From: an uncultured Lachnospiraceae bacterium
Lineage (GTDB): Bacteria > Bacillota > Clostridia > Lachnospirales > Lachnospiraceae
NCBI GenBank assembly: GCA_900314085.1
Contig: OMTX01000138.1
Coordinates: 340 to 64,339 of the forward strand
Reading direction: 5' to 3'
Length of the DNA: 64,000 bases
This document shows positions 61,489-64,000 of the stretch, piece by piece. Each line of letters begins with the position of its first letter. Within the stretch, counting starts at the first letter, position 1. Position numbers and translations under genes: made by a program. Under the pieces are notes generated by a model. That model was not told the origin of the DNA, searched no databases, and was given only the letters and a program-made list of their open reading frames with translations.

Positions 61489-64000
61489 TGTCTTCACCTG
61501 TGATGTCAGAAAGTCCTTTCTTCGTAAGCCGCCTCAATTCATAGCCCGGCAGCCGGCTGTCAAAGCCACAGATACTCCGGTAGCTGCAGTAGGTGCAGGA
61601 AAACTTTGAATCCGTCCGGCAGGGAGAAACCGGGAATTCACCCCGGGCAATGGCGCCGGCAAAATCCTTTTCCTTCCCGCGGACAAAGTCGATGATCCTG
61701 CTCATGTCCTCCGTCCTGATTCGGGCGGTTTCACTGCGCGAGGCGGCAGGCGTTCCGTCCTTTTTCAGCGAAAGGCTGACGACCGGCGACTTGCCCCCGA
61801 ATTCATCGTCCGCCTCATAGATCTTCCCGTCCATGGCGCGAAGATTCTTCTCATCATCCGTATAGGTTCCGGCCAGGCGGAAAGCGTTGAGGCGATTCTT
61901 CTCCACCTCCTCATCCCCGGCCGTCAGCTCGGAAAAGAGAATGGGATCGTAGATGTGGCTGTAGAGAAAGCCGCCGGGCAGGACTTCAGGCCTTCTCCCT
62001 TTTCTGCCCTCCGCCTTTTCAATCAGAGAGAGAGCCATGCCCATATAGGTGGGAAGCTGCAGGGAAAGGCCGTTAAAAATCTCCGTTGTATCTATCTTCT
62101 TTTCCGAAGACTTGTAGTCAATGATGCGAACGAAAATCCGGTTGTCCGCTGCAAAGGTATCGATCCGGTCAATGGAGCCCTTGAGCTTTAAGTGCTTCCC
62201 GTTGCCGACCGCCCATTCCTCAGCCGAGAAATCCGCTGCCCTGCCCAGGGGAACCTCAACGGCTGCCGGCCGATAGCCGCCCCGCTCCACCTGCCGCCGC
62301 ATGGCCCATACCGTCCGCCCCAGCGTCTTTCTGATATTTGAAAGCGCATGCATTTCCGAAGGCAGATCCAGTGCTGCGGTATTCTGCACGCTTTCCAGAC
62401 CGGCAGCAAAAGCCGCATCGAGACGGCGGTCACTTTCCTCGTCGGAAATGACCGTCATGTCCACACCGTCCGCAAGGATTCCGGAGAGATAGGCCTGGAG
62501 AACGGAGTGATACAGGGTACCGATATCCGAGGCGGAAAGAGACGCCTCTGCCCCCTCATCCAGGGACAGGCTATACCTGAGGAAGTAGCGGTAGGGACAC
62601 GAAGCATAGGTCTCCAGATTTGAAACGGAGCCGATGACGAAAGAACCGATTGCCTGATTCAGGGCCTCCGCGCCGATGGTCTCCGGCCGGTAGCTGAAAA
62701 AGGCAGAATCGATCAGGGCCTCCTTCCGCCTGCACTCTTCTGCAGGAAGACAGGAAAGCAGGAGAAGCATCTCTTCAAAGTCTTCCCGATCCAGGGTTCC
62801 GGCCGCGTAGGCCGAAAGCTCCCGGGACAGGCGTTTTTGGAGGCCGCCCGGCAGGATGTCCGCCTCGAGAGGAAGGGCATCCATGCATTTCCGGATATCC
62901 CTGCCGAAAAGCCCGAGAAGCTCTGTCACCAGATAGGACGGGCGGACAGCGCTTCCATCCGCGCTCTTTCTGCTGTAGAAGACATGCAGCGCCTCGGACG
63001 GCTTCGTCAGGGCGAGATATAAATAATATTTCTGGATGAAGGCATCTTCTCTGGCCGTCGGCGCCAGCTCCAAGGTCAGGGACAGGAGTCTCTCCCGTTC
63101 GGATTCCGAAAGAATGCCGCCTCCTGAAATCCTTTTGGGAATGGCGGCATCCGTCGCTCCGAGAAGAAAGAGATGACGGATGCCTTCTACCCTCGTCCGT
63201 GTCAGATCGCCGATGACAACGCAGTCACTGCTGGCCGGAAGGACTCCCGTCGATAGCTCGGACAGAGCCAGCGTCATTGTCTTCCCGAAAGCGGAGACAT
63301 CCGTGGGTTCCTCCCCGGAAAGCTCCGCCATCCGGTCCATAGCAGAAATGACAAGCCTGTAAATCTCCCCGTATTCCCGGGTTCGCAGTTCATCCCCCGC
63401 TTCCTCGAAGGCATCTGCCTTTGCCTTCATCTGTCCTTCGACGTCAAACGCCGAGAAAAGCCGGTACAGGGCCGTAAGGGCGGAGAGTACCGTCAGGTCC
63501 TTCTTCCGGACAGCATCGTGAAAAGGGGCAAAGGCCGTCATGAAACGGGACCGGAGGCCGTTGATTTCAGCCAGTGAACTCTCATCAAAGCCCTTGGGAA
63601 TTACCGTAAAATCCTTTTTGTACTTCGTCACGCCGGTAATGCCGGATGCAAAGAGGTAGGAATCGAAAAGATCCGTCTCCTCCCGGGAAAAACCGGTAAG
63701 CCCGGTCCTGAGGAACCGCATAACGTCTTCATAGGAAAAGCGGTAGGCCGAAACGCTGACGGCAGCCGTGATGAAGGAAAGCAGGGGATTGTCGCTGATA
63801 TCCGTACTCTGATCGAGGAAGAAGGGAATCCCGGCTGCAGTAAATATTTCCGGCGCCAGGAAAGAATATTCCGTCATGTCGGCGCACAGAATGACACAGT
63901 CCCTGTAGTGGAGGCCTTCCTCCTGCGCAGCCCTGCGAATCAGGTAAACCGCATAGGTAAGCTCCTCCCGGGGATCCGATAGTTCTGTGACATCAACACT
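61466..64000 (-). CDS. addB: Helicase-nuclease AddB (5' end beyond the right edge)
   Basis: The frame stays open from 63877 to 64000 (…YRDCVILCADMTEY…). C-terminal nuclease IIDYKS and Fe-S cysteines (CPYRYF…CTYCSYRSIC). Confidence 0.9.
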   Translation of the reverse strand, partial: SVDVTELSDPREELTYAVYLIRRAAQEEGLHYRDCVILCADMTEYSFLAPEIFTAAGIPFFLDQSTDISDNPLLSFITAAVSVSAYRFSYEDVMRFLRTGLTGFSREETDLFDSYLFASGITGVTKYKKDFTVIPKGFDESSLAEINGLRSRFMTAFAPFHDAVRKKDLTVLSALTALYRLFSAFDVEGQMKAKADAFEEAGDELRTREYGEIYRLVISAMDRMAELSGEEPTDVSAFGKTMTLALSELSTGVLPASSDCVVIGDLTRTRVEGIRHLFLLGATDAAIPKRISGGGILSESERERLLSLTLELAPTAREDAFIQKYYLYLALTKPSEALHVFYSRKSADGSAVRPSYLVTELLGLFGRDIRKCMDALPLEADILPGGLQKRLSRELSAYAAGTLDREDFEEMLLLLSCLPAEECRRKEALIDSAFFSYRPETIGAEALNQAIGSFVIGSVSNLETYASCPYRYFLRYSLSLDEGAEASLSASDIGTLYHSVLQAYLSGILADGVDMTVISDEESDRRLDAAFAAGLESVQNTAALDLPSEMHALSNIRKTLGRTVWAMRRQVERGGYRPAAVEVPLGRAADFSAEEWAVGNGKHLKLKGSIDRIDTFAADNRIFVRIIDYKSSEKKIDTTEIFNGLSLQLPTYMGMALSLIEKAEGRKGRRPEVLPGGFLYSHIYDPILFSELTAGDEEVEKNRLNAFRLAGTYTDDEKNLRAMDGKIYEADDEFGGKSPVVSLSLKKDGTPAASRSETARIRTEDMSRIIDFVRGKEKDFAGAIARGEFPVSPCRTDSKFSCTYCSYRSICGFDSRLPGYELRRLTKKGLSDITGEDNGSEVDR

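Overview
GC-rich (by eye mid-50s %) chromosomal segment from a flagellated Firmicutes/Clostridia-type genome. About 40 of 44 genes are on the minus strand. Left to right: (i) the 5' half of a fla/che-type flagellar operon read right to left (flgB-flgC-fliE-fliF-fliG-fliH-fliI-fliJ-ylxF-like-fliK-flgD-flgE). It is preceded by dprA-topA-codY, the same neighbourhood as in Bacillus subtilis but more compact. (ii) Housekeeping genes: comM/yifB, a GlgX-like protein, a UvrD-like helicase, gltX, nfnAB, argS, queT, glmM, glnS, htpG and addBA. (iii) A tightly coupled four-gene operon of unassignable proteins (26.2-33.1 kb): a degenerate Hsp70/actin-fold protein, a ~1170-aa helical giant, a helical protein and a 2-TM coiled-coil protein. 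(iv) A gene-free ~840-bp imperfect giant palindrome at 35.1-36.0 kb. (v) A COG0523 metallochaperone pair, one member extremely His-rich. (vi) A 1423-aa fused acyl-CoA-dehydratase-activase-type protein behind a tandem ATGCAT repeat array. No rRNA, tRNA, CRISPR array, IS element or prophage gene was recognised. The items I consider most worth follow-up are the giant palindrome, the four-gene operon, a compact four-way-junction-like element in front of glnS, and a 14-nt motif (TTTAYATTAGTCAT) that recurs just upstream of five genes. All calls come from reading the sequence and ORF translations. No database search or folding program was run, and family names (DUF numbers etc.) are from memory.
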